DNA of 63,383 nt, the filler included, from Choristocarpus tenellus KU-1152 (lineage: Eukaryota > Protista > Phaeophyceae): the NCBI GenBank assembly GCA_964200185.2. It is 7 parts of 7 records of this genome, joined end to end, with 100 filler letters (N's around TTAATTAATTAA, not from the genome) between each part and the next. Parts side by side here need not be neighbours in the genome. Positions count along the whole stretch, not along the records: positions 46,479 to 60,473 come from CAXNAD020001305.1; positions 60,574 to 63,383 come from CAXNAD020024560.1; 5 more parts are not named here. One strand, 5' to 3'. The notes under the pieces are model-generated. The model had not been told where the DNA came from and ran no database searches. It saw only the letters and a program-made list of their open reading frames with translations. This document shows positions 51,190-63,383 of the stretch, in pieces (position 1 is the stretch's first letter; the number at the start of each line of letters is the position of its first letter). The position numbers and the translations under genes are program-made.

Positions 51190-54100
51190 ACATCCTGTGG
51201 AGGTGAGTTCTGGAGCGTGATGTAACAGAAACAGATTCCAACAACAAGGTTGTGGTAATGGTGAACCATGGACATTTTTTCTAACCGTTACCGTAACCAT
51301 AACTGTGAAAATGCCGCAGTAATTTACCGTAGTATTTCCAACCATGTATACCGCTGGACACGATCACTTCGGTTCCAAAAGAGGGTTGGCCCACAATATG
51401 CTGAAATGACCCAGAAAAGGGAGAACAGAGAGAGAGAGAGAGAGAGATAAAAACACCTGACTACATGTTAGAGGTGATATGTCTTGATGGCGGTTTCATA
51501 AACACCATTATGACCTTGAAATCCTAGACTTGATATATTTTACTTCTTAACTATTTTGTATTATTTAAATAACATCGTACCCCCACGTGGTACATCAATG
51601 CCAGTTCCTTATATATGGTGATATTGACGATACTTATGAAGGGAATAATCCAAGTGAGAGATCTAACATTCCTGACGACTTGTCCATGAGGAGTCCTTTA
51701 TGTGCATCATCGTCATCTATAGGCTTTTGGACTGGAGTTATACATCCTGTGGAGGTAAGCTTCTGGAGCGTGCTGTAACATGGAGGTCCTACCGAAACTT
51801 CTGCGTTGTAACATACATTCCACAGTGGACAAGGTTGAGTTTGATCATATGCCAGTTTTCCCTCAAGCATTGGACCAAGAGGTCGCTGGTCATGTGGTGA
51901 ACTCAAACCCATGCCCTGCATGATGTGCAATAGAGAAGGTAGGGAGGTCCCGCGTGTTTTAGCATGATGGGTGAGGGGCAAATCAATATATGACTCTTGG
52001 GCTGGTACTGTGGAACGTCTTGAGCGTTTGCATGCCCCTATGTTGTATGTCTTAAAACATTTATGTGAAACAGTTGTATTTCCCGACACACCTTTGAACA
52101 GCCTTGGTTATATAGAAGGGCGTTCACTTCACGAATGTGGACAGGCAGGGTATCGGTCTAGAACCAAGTAGCCTGGTCGTTCCAAGTGCACCCGTCTCCT
52201 TCTCCCTTGTCCTGACTATATTGGTCGACAAGCATGGAGCAGAATAGCTGAAGGATTTTATCGGTCGTAGATTTCTTCCAAGACTAAAGAGTACTGCTAT
52301 TGGTTGGTCTCCCAGCTCCCCTCTTCCTGAAAAGGATGTATGGGAGTTGAGCGAGTATGTTGTCTGGGCTTGATGCTGTTTGCGTTGAGGTATGGGTATA
52401 TGAGACTTAAAGTAAACATGGTGCCTTAAATACCAATTAGCAGGACATAGGAAACATGTGCATATTGTCTGGTAGTTCATCTATGTCGTTATGACCAGGA
52501 TTGAATCTGTCGAATTTTATGCGGCGGAAATATGTACAGGAAGAACCACGAAAACTAGCGTTGGATGTCACCGGGGAAAAGGTGTGCACTTTTCCGTCTT
52601 AGGTCATAGAGTCATGTGAAGAATTTGTTTAACATGTTTGACGAAATGGAATTCAATGATGGGGAAAATTTGTTTGTTCTTTCGTCCGATGCAAGAGAGC
52701 CATATTCAGGATTTTTCTGATGTGATTGTCGAAGATAAAGTAGGTTCTATCCTGAAACATATTGAAGGTAGATGGGTAAACGTGCTCCTTGCGTCTGTCG
52801 ACGGGAGGAAGGTGTGAGTTGGGTACGTGTTTGTCGATAAAAGCACACAGTTTAGTCTGCTGATTAAGTTGGAGGCTTGTGTGGATGGATGTGCGGGTGG
52901 TGCTAATGTGTTGGATGTGGTGTTGGTGTTTCATCGTGTGCGGTGTTGGGGTTAGGATTCTGAATAGTATTGTGTCATGTGTTTAACTGAGGGTTAGGGA
53001 TATGTGTTGTGGTGTTAGGGTTAGGGTTTTGTTAAAAATAACAAATATGTTCCAAAATGATGGATGTGGATGGGTGGTGGTTGTCACCATACACCGATTC
53101 GACACCTATGTGGCATGAATAGGGGTATCTTTCTGAGTGTCCAATTTTGGTTCGGTGTGGTTGATTAATCCTTTCCATCGTGTTTTGGAAAGGAATAGGA
53201 TATGTGCGAGTGGCTGCGTAGGGGTAATCTAACCCTAACCCTAACGATTTCCCATTGTAAGACTTTAATGAAAACGATGTACATCAAGCGTGATGCGTGG
53301 ATATGGCATGTCCAGGATTTGGATTTTCAATATAGTGGTTCAAAATTGTATAGTATGGAATAGTAAGCTTTGATTGTTTTGTATGCATTTTTTACTGATG
53401 ATTGCCGTATTTTCGAGGGAACCTCAATTACACGGGTCTATGTGAATTGGTGATGGGGGCTGAGCCGTACCTTTGGGTATTGCGGGGCGGGTGCCTTGGG
53501 AGTCTGCTGGTTCATCCTCTGTGTGGATAAGGTATCGTAATGGCTTTCGGGTGGCCATCCCACGTGTGAGGTACGGAGGTTCTCGTCCTTTCCGTGAATA
53601 GCGCTGGAAATTTGCTTAGATGTTCGGCTTGCTTGCTTGCTCCTTGTGTAAGTGAATGAGGAAATGACTCGAGGTGGGGTGAGTTCAATGGACGGTTTCT
53701 TTATATGTTATTTTGATATACATATTAAAATAATTCTTCATGTGGGGGTTTTAATCTCAGGTATGATGGAATGAAGCCAGTTTCGACATTGAGGTTTGCT
53801 TCTTATTTTAGAAAACGATAATCATGAAAAAATTCTGGCATGCATAGCGAAAATAATAGGAAAGTGATGTAAGGTAAGGTTGGAGTTGATGTAATGGAAA
53901 CACTGAATCAGATGTGCGTTGGTATTATAATATCAAAACTCATCTGTAATATTAAAATCCAACGTCTTGATTACGTTGTTGAAGTTCAAAAATGGACAAA
54001 TGCATTTATTTTATGAAGTAAATGAGCTCATAAAAAAACATAAATCCCTACAGGTATACACAAGTACAAAAACTATGCCAGAGGTACACTTTGTTACCTC

Positions 54101-54589
54101 AATAACCATTTTCCTCTGCTACAGAGGGAGGTCAATTGCCCTAAACACTATGGAGTGTACCACAGGGTTTCATCCTCATCACACCATGTTGAGGTATATC
54201 GGACTTCTTCGGATCTACTCGCTTCATTAACATAAAGTGCCAAGGTTATCACAGGGTATTTCCTTTAGGAGAATTTAACGGTTACAAACCTATCTTTATA
54301 TGCCCTCCAACAATCACGCACACATTCCACATTTAGAGCCAGTTTCACTCAAAGGAGGGTACCTTTCCGCCTTGTTTTCAAATTTCGAAGGCTGTTCCGT
54401 GATTGAAGTATAATGAAGTAGATGATGGAAACGGCCTGTTGATAGATGTAGGCTGAATTTGGATGTACTGTTGCGAATATGGTGGTATACACTAATGGTT
54501 GACGTAAACGAGAGGTACTCCAGAACTGTGGAGGGATGGCTGTAAGCTTGTATAAGAACTGTTTTTTTTAGGAACGTATGCATCAAAAA

Positions 54590-55432
54590 TCAATTAAACC
54601 ATTAATTCACTTAATCAAAAGTTCAAATAACGATCAATGACACAAAGCAATGACAACATATTTTTCTGTACTTCTTAAGGACAAGGATATGAACGTACAT
54701 ACAAGGAGCAGGTCTACAAAATACATCATCCATCCAACTCATGCAACCAAATCGCTCGAAATTCGCGACATGGTCTACCCTGACCCAAATGGACAGCTGT
54801 CACCCCATCCCAGATACCCAAATTAAAAAATTGATGTAGATGTTCATAAAAAAACTTACAAATTTTAAACAAGTGTAGCACCGTCCCTTTACATACAGTA
54901 CCTCTCATTTACCCCAAGCCTCCCTGTATACCATACTCGCCACTTCATATCAAAAATCGGTGTACGTCTACGAAAAGGATGTTTAGGTGCTACACTTCAC
55001 CATACTTAAATCAATGGAACAATTTATTCACTTTAATCAAGTCTAAATAATCAATTACACAAATCATTATCATACTTAAATCAATGAAACTATTTATTCA
55101 CTTCGTAAAGTCTAAATATTCAATTACATAATCAACCACAACATATTTTTCCATCCTTCTTGAGCACAAGGATAAGAACGTAGATACTTCACCATCCTTA
55201 AAAAAATGAAACCATTTATTCATTTTGTCGACTCTAAATAATCCATCACACAAATCAGTACAGCAAATTTTTTCATAGTTCCTGAGCACAAGGATACTAA
55301 CGTAGATACACATGGGTCTATAAAATACATTATCCATCCCAAGCATGCAACCAAATCACCCCAAAATCGCGACATGTAAAAATCGTCCCCAAATGGGCAG
55401 CTGGCACCCCTCCCCAGATACAGTGGGCCTTA
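54590..55432 (+). repeat. Duplicated right ends of longer members of the MITE family, with ~70-bp AT-rich subterminal tandem repeats
   Basis: The end CCCAAATGGRCAGCTG.CACCCC.TCCCAGATAC occurs at about 54783-54820 and 55388-55425. A CATACTTAAATCAATG...TTTATTCA...GTCTAAATA unit repeats at about 55001, 55072 and 55193. Confidence 0.65.
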
Positions 55433-55849
55433 ACAATAGTCACACAAAACGACGGTGACACGTGAGTTCCCATGGTAGTGCTTCCGACGTCGAAGACATC
55501 TTGGCGTTACAGTGCTTACGTCTCTGGTAAAGAGCATCTAAATTGGGCGGCGTTCTTTCATGTTCTGATACCAATTCTTGCGACAAGAGTGGCACAATGT
55601 ATGACTGGTCATTTAATACGACTATGAACAAATGTATCCCTGTTTACCAACCATATCTTCACACTTGGTCCCCAATTATGACTTTCACGTTGTATCACAA
55701 CCGTTGCTTTCCTGTGATGTGCCCTAACATCTCAATTTCGCCACGGATGCCGAGGATTGTCATATAGTTACGTCTCCTCTACATGTCACTCGCGTCTGCT
55801 TCAGGACAATTCCCCTCTCGCATCCCATATCCCACACCCCAACTCCCCT

Positions 55850-55992
55850 CCCTTGACCAATCCACATCTACGATACCCCCCCCTGTAAACGATCGCTTGT
55901 GATGATCTCCTCGCCTCTCTTTGACCAATCCACATCTCCATTACCCCCCTGTAAACGATCGCTTGCGATGATCTCCTTACCTCTCCTTGACT
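55850..55992. repeat. ~68-bp tandem duplication upstream of the histidine kinase
   Basis: TTGACCAATCCACATCT...CCCCCTGTAAACGATCGCTTGYGATGATCTCCT occurs twice, plus a partial third copy. Confidence 0.85.
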
Positions 55993-56773
55993 TCTCTCAA
56001 GTTTCCTATCTATACTTCGTACATACACCTCTCGCTTGTTCTTGTAACACTTATGGGGTAAGAGATGCCGAACAACGAGCAGATAACTCTATACAATAAA
56101 ACAGACGAAAAGTCGGGTAGATAACCTTTTCCTTCATATGACTACGCCATCCAAATCATGGCTACACCTCAACTCTTTGGAAGTTAATGATCCAGAAGAC
56201 TCGTGTTTGACCTCAAGTTTCTTCCCTGAAGAAATACAAAGGAATCATTACTAACCAGGATATATTCCTCACCTATTTCTACAGATTCCGTTTGGGGGAG
56301 TTGAACCCCATCTTGAATTATGCCCAGTTATCAAGAGTATATGTGTAACAAGTTCCACCTCTTCTAGAACCTTGTCTTCTCATTACGAAAGTGATCAAAG
56401 TACACCAACGTAAGTGAAAACATTTAATTTGATTATATATTTACAATTGCATCAACTTACATTTTTGAACAAAATTGAATAGAACGTGCTGTTCAACTTT
56501 TCTATTCACTTGAAACCCTCCAACATTTCAAAAACCCTATTTATGTTCCATAATATATAGTGTTCTTGTTACATACTCTCTACAAGAGACGACTTTCCGT
56601 TTCATATCCAGTTTTAATAGAAGATAAGATACGATCTGCCAAACTAAACTTGAAGTATGGTCGATTGTATTGTATGTATAATATATACTGTTGAAAATAT
56701 AATACATATACTATCATCCCTTCCACACAATCCACCCCATCATCACCTCCAATACGTCTCAACAAGATTACCA

Positions 56774-59700
56774 ATGAAATTCCCAAGAGGACATAACGGG
56801 ATACCCTTCTGGGTACCTTCTCTTCTTGCGATGCCCTTGACATTCGCTTCCACCAGGGTAGCCTTCGTCTTGGGTGGAGGACCTCCCTCTCTTTTCTGGC
56901 CTACCAACGGTGTCAGCATGATCCTCCTCAACTCAACAACTTCACTCCAGAGTTTCATTTTTGCTGCTTGTGCTTGTGCGGTTGGGTTGGCGATCGCCCA
57001 GGTTCATATCTTAGATACCTCCTTAGCTTTCAAGCTGGCGGGAGCTAACAGGTATATTTTTAAAATTTTTGCGTCACAAGTGGATCTTTGTTCAAGATGT
57101 TTGATGACAATTACACATATCCTTTCCCCATCACGGTCGTATCTACCCTAGTAGATGCATATCTGTGCACGGCAAAAAAATGACAAATCCCATTCGGCAC
57201 GCCATTTTATCATGATCCCCTTCCATGATTGCCGTTGTTGGTCCGGTGCCATCCCATTCCTTGATGACGGATGATCGAGGCAGCGTCGAATTCGTGTTAG
57301 GAAGTCTCTTGATGCGAAAGATGGTGGATCTGAGAAGTGTTACCCTGGCTGTTTCAAGGACGCGCTCCCTAGTTATCATCCTGACGTTCCCTGTGCTTCT
57401 GTCAAGTGTGTTTGGGGCAGCCTTGGGTGCTACGGTGCTGAGTGAAACTGCCGGTGCTGAATATCCATCTGCGGCACTTGAGTGGTTCATCGGTGATGTG
57501 AGTAGCCACAAGAATCATGCTCTTCTTCTCTTAGGTCACCTCTCAAGACAAATATCCAAATTAGTACATCTCTCTGCTGATCCCCAATAAACTGCATGTA
57601 CATGTACCAGCCAATTTGCTGCTCCGTTAGAGATGTTCAACTCCTTTTGGTTAGCTGTGTGCTCCCCACAAATTCTAGTGCTTGTTTAATGCTCAAATCT
57701 ATCACTTTGTAATAATGACATTATCTCTCCTGTAACCAAATACCTTTTTAACCGCAGGCATCGGGTAACTTCGTAACTCTCTACATCGGATGTGAGTTCC
57801 TTGTAATTGTTACGTGCATTGCTCCAGAGAAATCTGGATGGAGTATCTACCGTGAGGGATTTCGGAGCGTAAGCTACAGTACCAAGAATGAACCTACTTT
57901 CGTTACAACATAACTGTTCCTGGATGTTGATGACCGCAGAAGCAGGTAGATAATGATAAACCGAGAAGTTTTTTTGTGTTTGTTACCCGGTTGATGTTGG
58001 TTTCACAACCCATGCTCCCCACAACAAGTGCCCAAAGGGGGAGCATTGACTCCAAAATTTAGTTATGGCTTTATCACCAGAGCTCATTGGTTGCACGAAT
58101 TCAACTGAAGCTATGCTCCAACCTCAACTTGCCCATTCCAACTTTTTTTCCTGCCATATGAAACTTCCAAGATGTTCTTCTTGGTCATGCTCACAGGACA
58201 AGCTGGAATGATCTTAAGCTATGGCTGCAATCAAAGATAGGTATTCTCAGTGTGGTGCAAGTTGGCATTGTTATCATGTGCCTGCTCACGATTTTCAGCA
58301 TCAAATACTTGACATCAAGTCTAGCAGCCCCGCTGCTGCTGGTTGTATTCCCTGTCACGGGATATCTTGCTGGGAGTGTCCCACAAGTTGCAAGTGCAGG
58401 GACAGGTCTGGTGCTGGTCCTGGTAGCAACTATCAGCACTAATGCCGGAAGAGGACCAATTGTTGCCATTCTGGATGTAGAAAGGAGTAATATCCTGGTT
58501 ACCTTACAGGTCCTGCTTCTGGTGAATATGATCCTGACTGGGATCATGGCAGTTTCCCAGGCCCAGCGACTGGAATCTGAAAAGAAGGTGTTGTTGAGCA
58601 TAGAGGAAAAGGTGAGAAGTGATGATTCGAATGGGTTTTCACCATCCTCGCCATTCTTCGCAAGTTCAGCACAGTTTTTTTTTTTGCGCAGCTCGTACTA
58701 TTGATGAATAATTGTACTTCAAAGCGTGTAAATACATCCTTATTGAGGGCATCATTGACATGCTCGTGGGTCGTCTCCTGACCACTGTGCATTCCAACCA
58801 ATATTTTTCGTGCGTTTATTGTGATGATGCTGTGTTAAATCGGCGCTATTACTCTACGCCACTGCAGTGCACTCCTGTTTGCATGCAAGGCGCGTGCGTG
58901 TTTTCGCTTATGGACACTATTTTTTCTTAATGCCCTCTGACCCCTTCACCTGACAGTAACTCCTGTTCGCATGCAAGGCACCTGCGTGTTCTCACTTATG
59001 GACACTGTTTTTGTTTCTTTTTAATGCCCTCTGTCCCTTTTGCCTGTCATCAGCTGTCCTTCTTTACTCATGTCTCGCACGAGTTCCGTACTCCCCTGAG
59101 CATCGTGGTTGGGTTCACTGAGGAGGTAGGAACAAGACCAACCATCTTAGGGCCTGCTGCTCACAATATACCTTCTAATACTCTGGAGCGTGCAGCGTGG
59201 CTTTACGTTACGTAGCCCTGCTTTCACCCTTCCGTGTTCTTTTTTTTTTTCATTTCCCGGCTCAAGTCTCGGGGCTCTCGGGGCAACCTTTTTGGCTTTT
59301 TTTTTTTTTAATGATGCACTGTGTGGCGCTCTGCGTTTGAAAGCAACTGAATTCGTAGCGGTTTCAGTGGTGTGCCTCGGCGTTGACCCCACCAACATTA
59401 AGTTGAAGGTAGTTTTTTTGCACGCAACGGAGAGCTTGCCTTGCTCCTGCACCTATTCGTCTGCCTGCGGAGCCCGAAAGGATGCCGATTGTTGACTAGG
59501 TGGTCAACTAGCTTGCTGGCTGACCCACCGCCTGCTCCCGCTGTAACCTACTTGACACGTGTGTGCAAATCTAGTTGCTGACGGAAGAGAACTTGACCTC
59601 AAGAGCCCGGGATGATCTTAATCACGTTTTTACCGCGGCGCTGGGGATGTCAGAGATTGTGAACGATCTGCTCTTCCTCTTTCGCATGGATGTCAAGAGT

Positions 59701-60451
59701 ATCCCCCTGCTGCAGAGACCGGTCTCAACTAGCAAGTGAGATACAATCCCGACTCCAATTCAGTTGAACTCTGCGGCTTTTCTGTGTTGGGAAGACCACC
59801 AGGGTGTCAGTTTGGGAGAGGAAGGGTGGAGGGTTTGGGGGGATTGCAGGAGTTAGTGTTACCATCATCATACATTCATTACACATAAATATTAATATTC
59901 TTCCCCATAAGAGCTTGGTGTTGAAGAGGTAGGTAGAGATGCTCAGGCGTTGTATGTATGTCTTTTCATAATCATTTGGACCATGGTTGCGTGATTTAAT
60001 TGGTGTGCAGCACTCTAGTCAGCACGGTTATTACTTTCACCCCAAGGTTAACAACAACTGGCAGAATGAAGGGTTAGGGTCCTCAGACGGGTGTTCATTT
60101 CTTTGTGTGCTACAACTATCTCATTGATCACCTGTGTAAGAGTATATAGTTAAAAGGAGATACTCCAGAGTACACCCAATGTTTTTGGACTGATTTGGTT
60201 CAAACTTGGCAACAAAAACCTCTAGTGCGCTTACACAGCTCGTCCCAGGATGTGTTCAATGTCACTGCCTTTCCATACTGTCCAATGGAATGCCCCACCC
60301 TGTTGTCCTCGAACACGCCTCCGTCTCTTGCAGGTTTATTGATATGTTGCGCCTTACTGCAGAAAGATTGTGCAAGGGAAAGTCACAGCCATTATCGTGG
60401 GACATAGACCTTCCGCTGACAATGAAGTTTGATCCAGGGCGGATGAAGCAG
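56774..60451 (+). CDS. MASE1-domain membrane sensor histidine kinase (MASE1-HisKA-start of HATPase); 3' part lost at the gap
   Basis: Exons are 56774-57051, 57284-57497, 57758-about 57791 (junction to the next exon unresolved), 58197-58611, 59054-59125, 59575-59735 and 60334-60451. Hydrophobic helices carry MASE1 motifs (LFWPTNGV, ANSVE, EWFIGDASG, TNAGRGP...LQVLL). The H-box is FFTHVSHEFRTPL, followed by IVNDLL and FDPGRMKQ just before the N-box. Confidence 0.88.
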
Positions 60452-60679
60452 GTGAAGGAAGAAGACATGGGGGNNNNNNNNNNNNNNNNNNNNNNNNNNN
60501 NNNNNNNNNNNNNNNNNTTAATTAATTAANNNNNNNNNNNNNNNNNNNNNNNNNNNNNNNNNNNNNNNNNNNNTCCGGACCCCCTGGTGTAACCCCCCCC
60601 CCCCCCAGATATTTTGGGTCAGAGAGATTAGGAGAAGTTTGCCTAGTCCCCGTGAACCTGCATATCTGCTATTGCTATT

Positions 60680-63290
60680 TTCCCCTAGTATAGTACATAA
60701 TACTTTGTAGGAGCCATGCTATTGCTGTGGAGAAGGAATAGGAAAGGGACAGAAGGAACATGTAAGTAGGGGCTTGCCCAGTATCTAGAAAGATTACTCT
60801 GCTTTAGGTCACGTACTTGTATGATACCTTCGACTTGGTCTTGAGCTCCACTGCCCATACAAAGAACTCCAGTACTCTGGCTACTTAAAATGCCACTATA
60901 CCTTGCTGTCCTTTGTGTATGTTGCAGTTACTGATATCTCTTGCTCAATAAGAGAATAATAATATGCCCAATAATTAGAGGCCGACAAAAATATATCGGA
61001 TCACCATATAAATATATATTTGGTATTGTATGCAGACAAGTTGATAGAAAAATAGCCCAAAGTGTGGAGGCCCATGCATTTGACCCTTGTCCACACTGGC
61101 TCCGGTGGTGGACCAGGGCTAGCAAAGAACTTCCCTCCCTTGTTCTGCATCGTCTGGGAGGTTGACCGATTGCATCCAGAATGAGTTAGATCGGGTCCTG
61201 TTCAAGAGGTGTGTGATCTCATGTTATGCCTTCCTTGTGATGCTGGTGTCGTGGACTGCTAGAGTGTGGACCTCCAGGACAGGGATAGGGATTGTTGCTC
61301 CCAAGGCTACCTAGCCTTGACAAAATATTCCTGCCAAGTCTTCTAGAGGAGCTCCTGATGAGAGGAGGGTGTGGAAGGATGATCCCTAGGTCTGGACTGC
61401 AAGGGTCATACAGATGACCTCTGTGAAAAAATCTTCATGGGACCCTTGTTACCTTGCTAGGAGGGTGGGAGGAATGGGGACCTGCAATCCTACAAAAGCT
61501 GCATGCTGGCACTGTGTCATGAAAGACAGGTCCAAGCCCCCCCAAACTTGCGGGCATCTATGCTTGAACTTGCTGATGTGTTTCCAGGCGAAGAGACCCA
61601 TTTCAACACAGCCCATCGAAGAAGTCAACGACTCCAGCTGAGTCCGCTACCTCCAATATCTTCTCTAGAGTTCCCAGTGAGGTGTCGTCGACTTGTTTCG
61701 TGGGGGGGAGTGACCCTTACCAGATAAACCCAAACAGGAGGGGGATCAGGAGTTGAGGAGTCAAGCAACTTGTTTGTATCCCCCATCTCACGCAGGTGCA
61801 TGGCCAGCATTCGTGATCCTGAGATCTCAATCACCCCGGCCATGTTGGCTTGGATGAAAGCATCTGTCCCCTCCAGAGCCCCTAGTGGGACAAGACTATT
61901 TGGGTCCAGGGCCAGGTTGATTCCTACCATGACTGGGAGTTCTATTTCCGAGGACATGGGCTGATCATCCTGGGGTGGTATGGCAAAGGTCTTATCCATG
62001 TTTAGGACTATGCCTACCTTATAGAGGTCCGTCTCCAATTGCTCAAAGGCAGCTACAACAGTGAATTTATCTCTCTGGTGGAAATGGATGTGTCATTTTC
62101 GAAACTACAGGAGGAAGCCCCCTGGGGTCCAAATATAGACGGCCCACTGTAGAGCATTTGTTGTTGCCACAGAATATAGGAGGGGGTCAAGGGGATCTCC
62201 CTGTTTTGACCCAGACCTTAACATAATCTTCATCCCTCCCTCATCCAGGGGGAAAGGAAGATCATGGGTACTCCCATATACCTTGGACACGTAAGCGTAG
62301 GAGTCCAGGTAGGTCTCAGGGAGAGCCACGATGAAGGTCGAGCTGCATAAACTGTTGAACATGTTTTTCACACTCGTTCCTTAGGCGAATGACGAGTAGA
62401 ACACAAACAATCCCATTCGAGACCCCTACGCCAAACTGCTACATTAATCCGAAACGCTGGTCAAGGTAGGGGCACCGTCTGCAAAGAGTCTGGGGAGGTT
62501 TAAGCAAGCTTCCTTAGTTTAGCAAAGGCTTCTGCCACTTTTTCATGTTCAACATCTGTCATTATGACTAACCAGATATGGCTGAGGCTTATCCCATCAG
62601 GGCCCATTGCAGAATTGCTGTTCGCTCTCATGAAAGTCATCTGGATGGAGGTGGGAGTATACTCCCCCTCAGAGGGGCATTACCATTGTTCTCCAGACCC
62701 TGTATCTGTTGCTACTCTGTCCTTCGCTTCCATTTCCCCTTCACCTGTGCTCGTAAGGTTCTAGTTTTGGGTGCTTGGGAACAAGTACCATGAACATCTC
62801 TTCTGTCCCCAGGTGTATGGGCGGTGCTAGGAGAATCCTCGGCCCTTAGAGATACCTCTATGGTGGTGACCGAGTGCTGTGACCCGTTCCTACTAGTATT
62901 TTGGCTCATCTCCTGGGGGCTCCGATGTCTGCCAGTCCTCTGGGGGTGTTCCAGTAGCCATGTTGTAAGCTCCTGAAGGTTCACTGGTGCCAAATGGGTG
63001 AACCATTCCTCCCTGGAGAACTTTCCATCATTGACCAGGAAAAGGTCAAAGTCTTTGTAGAGGAGCTTGGACGCCCTGACAGTCCCTACTGAAGGGATCC
63101 CCCCATCTAGTTGTGGGGTGGTCACTTCATTCATCAGGAGGTCCACTGCGTGCATGGAAGCAATCACGTAGGAAGTGCGAAGCCTGCAAGGGATCTTCTT
63201 AATCGTGGTGACATTTATTCGCTCCAGGACCTCCATCTGGGCTCAAGGGCAGAGGCAGCACGTGAGGTATGAACCCTAACATTGCAAGTG
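60680..63290 (-). mobile_element. Decayed CRE/R2-type non-LTR retrotransposon (RT plus RLE zinc knuckle)
   Basis: RT motifs are AMGPDGISLSHI, KNMFNSL, SGSKQGDPLDPLLYSVA and GIVLNMDKT. A C..CG...GLHTLG knuckle remnant lies near 61050-61100. Many frameshifts are present. Confidence 0.8.
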
Positions 63291-63383
63291 TAATGTTAGG
63301 GTAGGTGGATCGGGTTTTCTTGTGGGGGGGGGGGAAGGGGGTGGTAGGAGGTTGGAGGTGGAGGGGCAGGAGTAGGGGAAAGG

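Noticed and set aside
51634-53700. Penelope or GIY-YIG retroelement remnant
   Set aside because: No convincing RT (YxDD) or GIY-YIG motif could be read.
1041-60451. Functional cluster of GH135, glycosyltransferase, kinase and histidine kinase
   Set aside because: The genes are mostly on separate contigs of unverified order, and there is no evidence of co-regulation.
17951-60573. Recurrent TTAATTAATTAA palindrome and ORFs ending in 'LIN'
   Set aside because: It is an artificial all-frame-stop linker inside the N spacers, not biology.

Overview
This is eukaryotic, intron-rich, repeat-rich DNA. It is most likely a stramenopile alga such as a brown alga or close relative; this is an inference from the GT-AG introns, the short interstitial TTAGGG tracts and the transposon and gene families present. 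The window is not one contiguous molecule. Seven contigs (1-17950, 18051-27862, 27963-35570, 35671-39730, 39831-46378, 46479-60473, 60574-63383) are joined by artificial 100-nt N-TTAATTAATTAA-N spacers, so adjacency across gaps is not evidence of linkage. Manual splicing gives five host genes: (1) a secreted spherulin-4/GH135-like glycoside hydrolase (1041-4151, +, 6 exons); (2) the 3' end of a TKL-type protein kinase (12687-17452, -); (3) the 3' end of an HPAT/SGT1-like (GT95/GT96-like) glycosyltransferase (19438-26132, -); (4) part of a probable chromatin protein with ADA3-like motifs (28014-34613, -); (5) the 5' part of a MASE1 membrane sensor histidine kinase (56774-60451, +). The remainder is mostly decayed mobile DNA. 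It includes CRE-like non-LTR fragments, two head-to-head IS630/Tc1-like transposons forming a ~2.4 kb palindrome, a copia element inserted in a gypsy integrase whose tail has chromo- and Tudor-like domains, and a 176-bp MITE with a 4-bp TSD supported by an empty-site paralogue. All family assignments come from motif recognition, not database searches. I found no coherent multi-gene novel system; the best leads are individual genes and elements.
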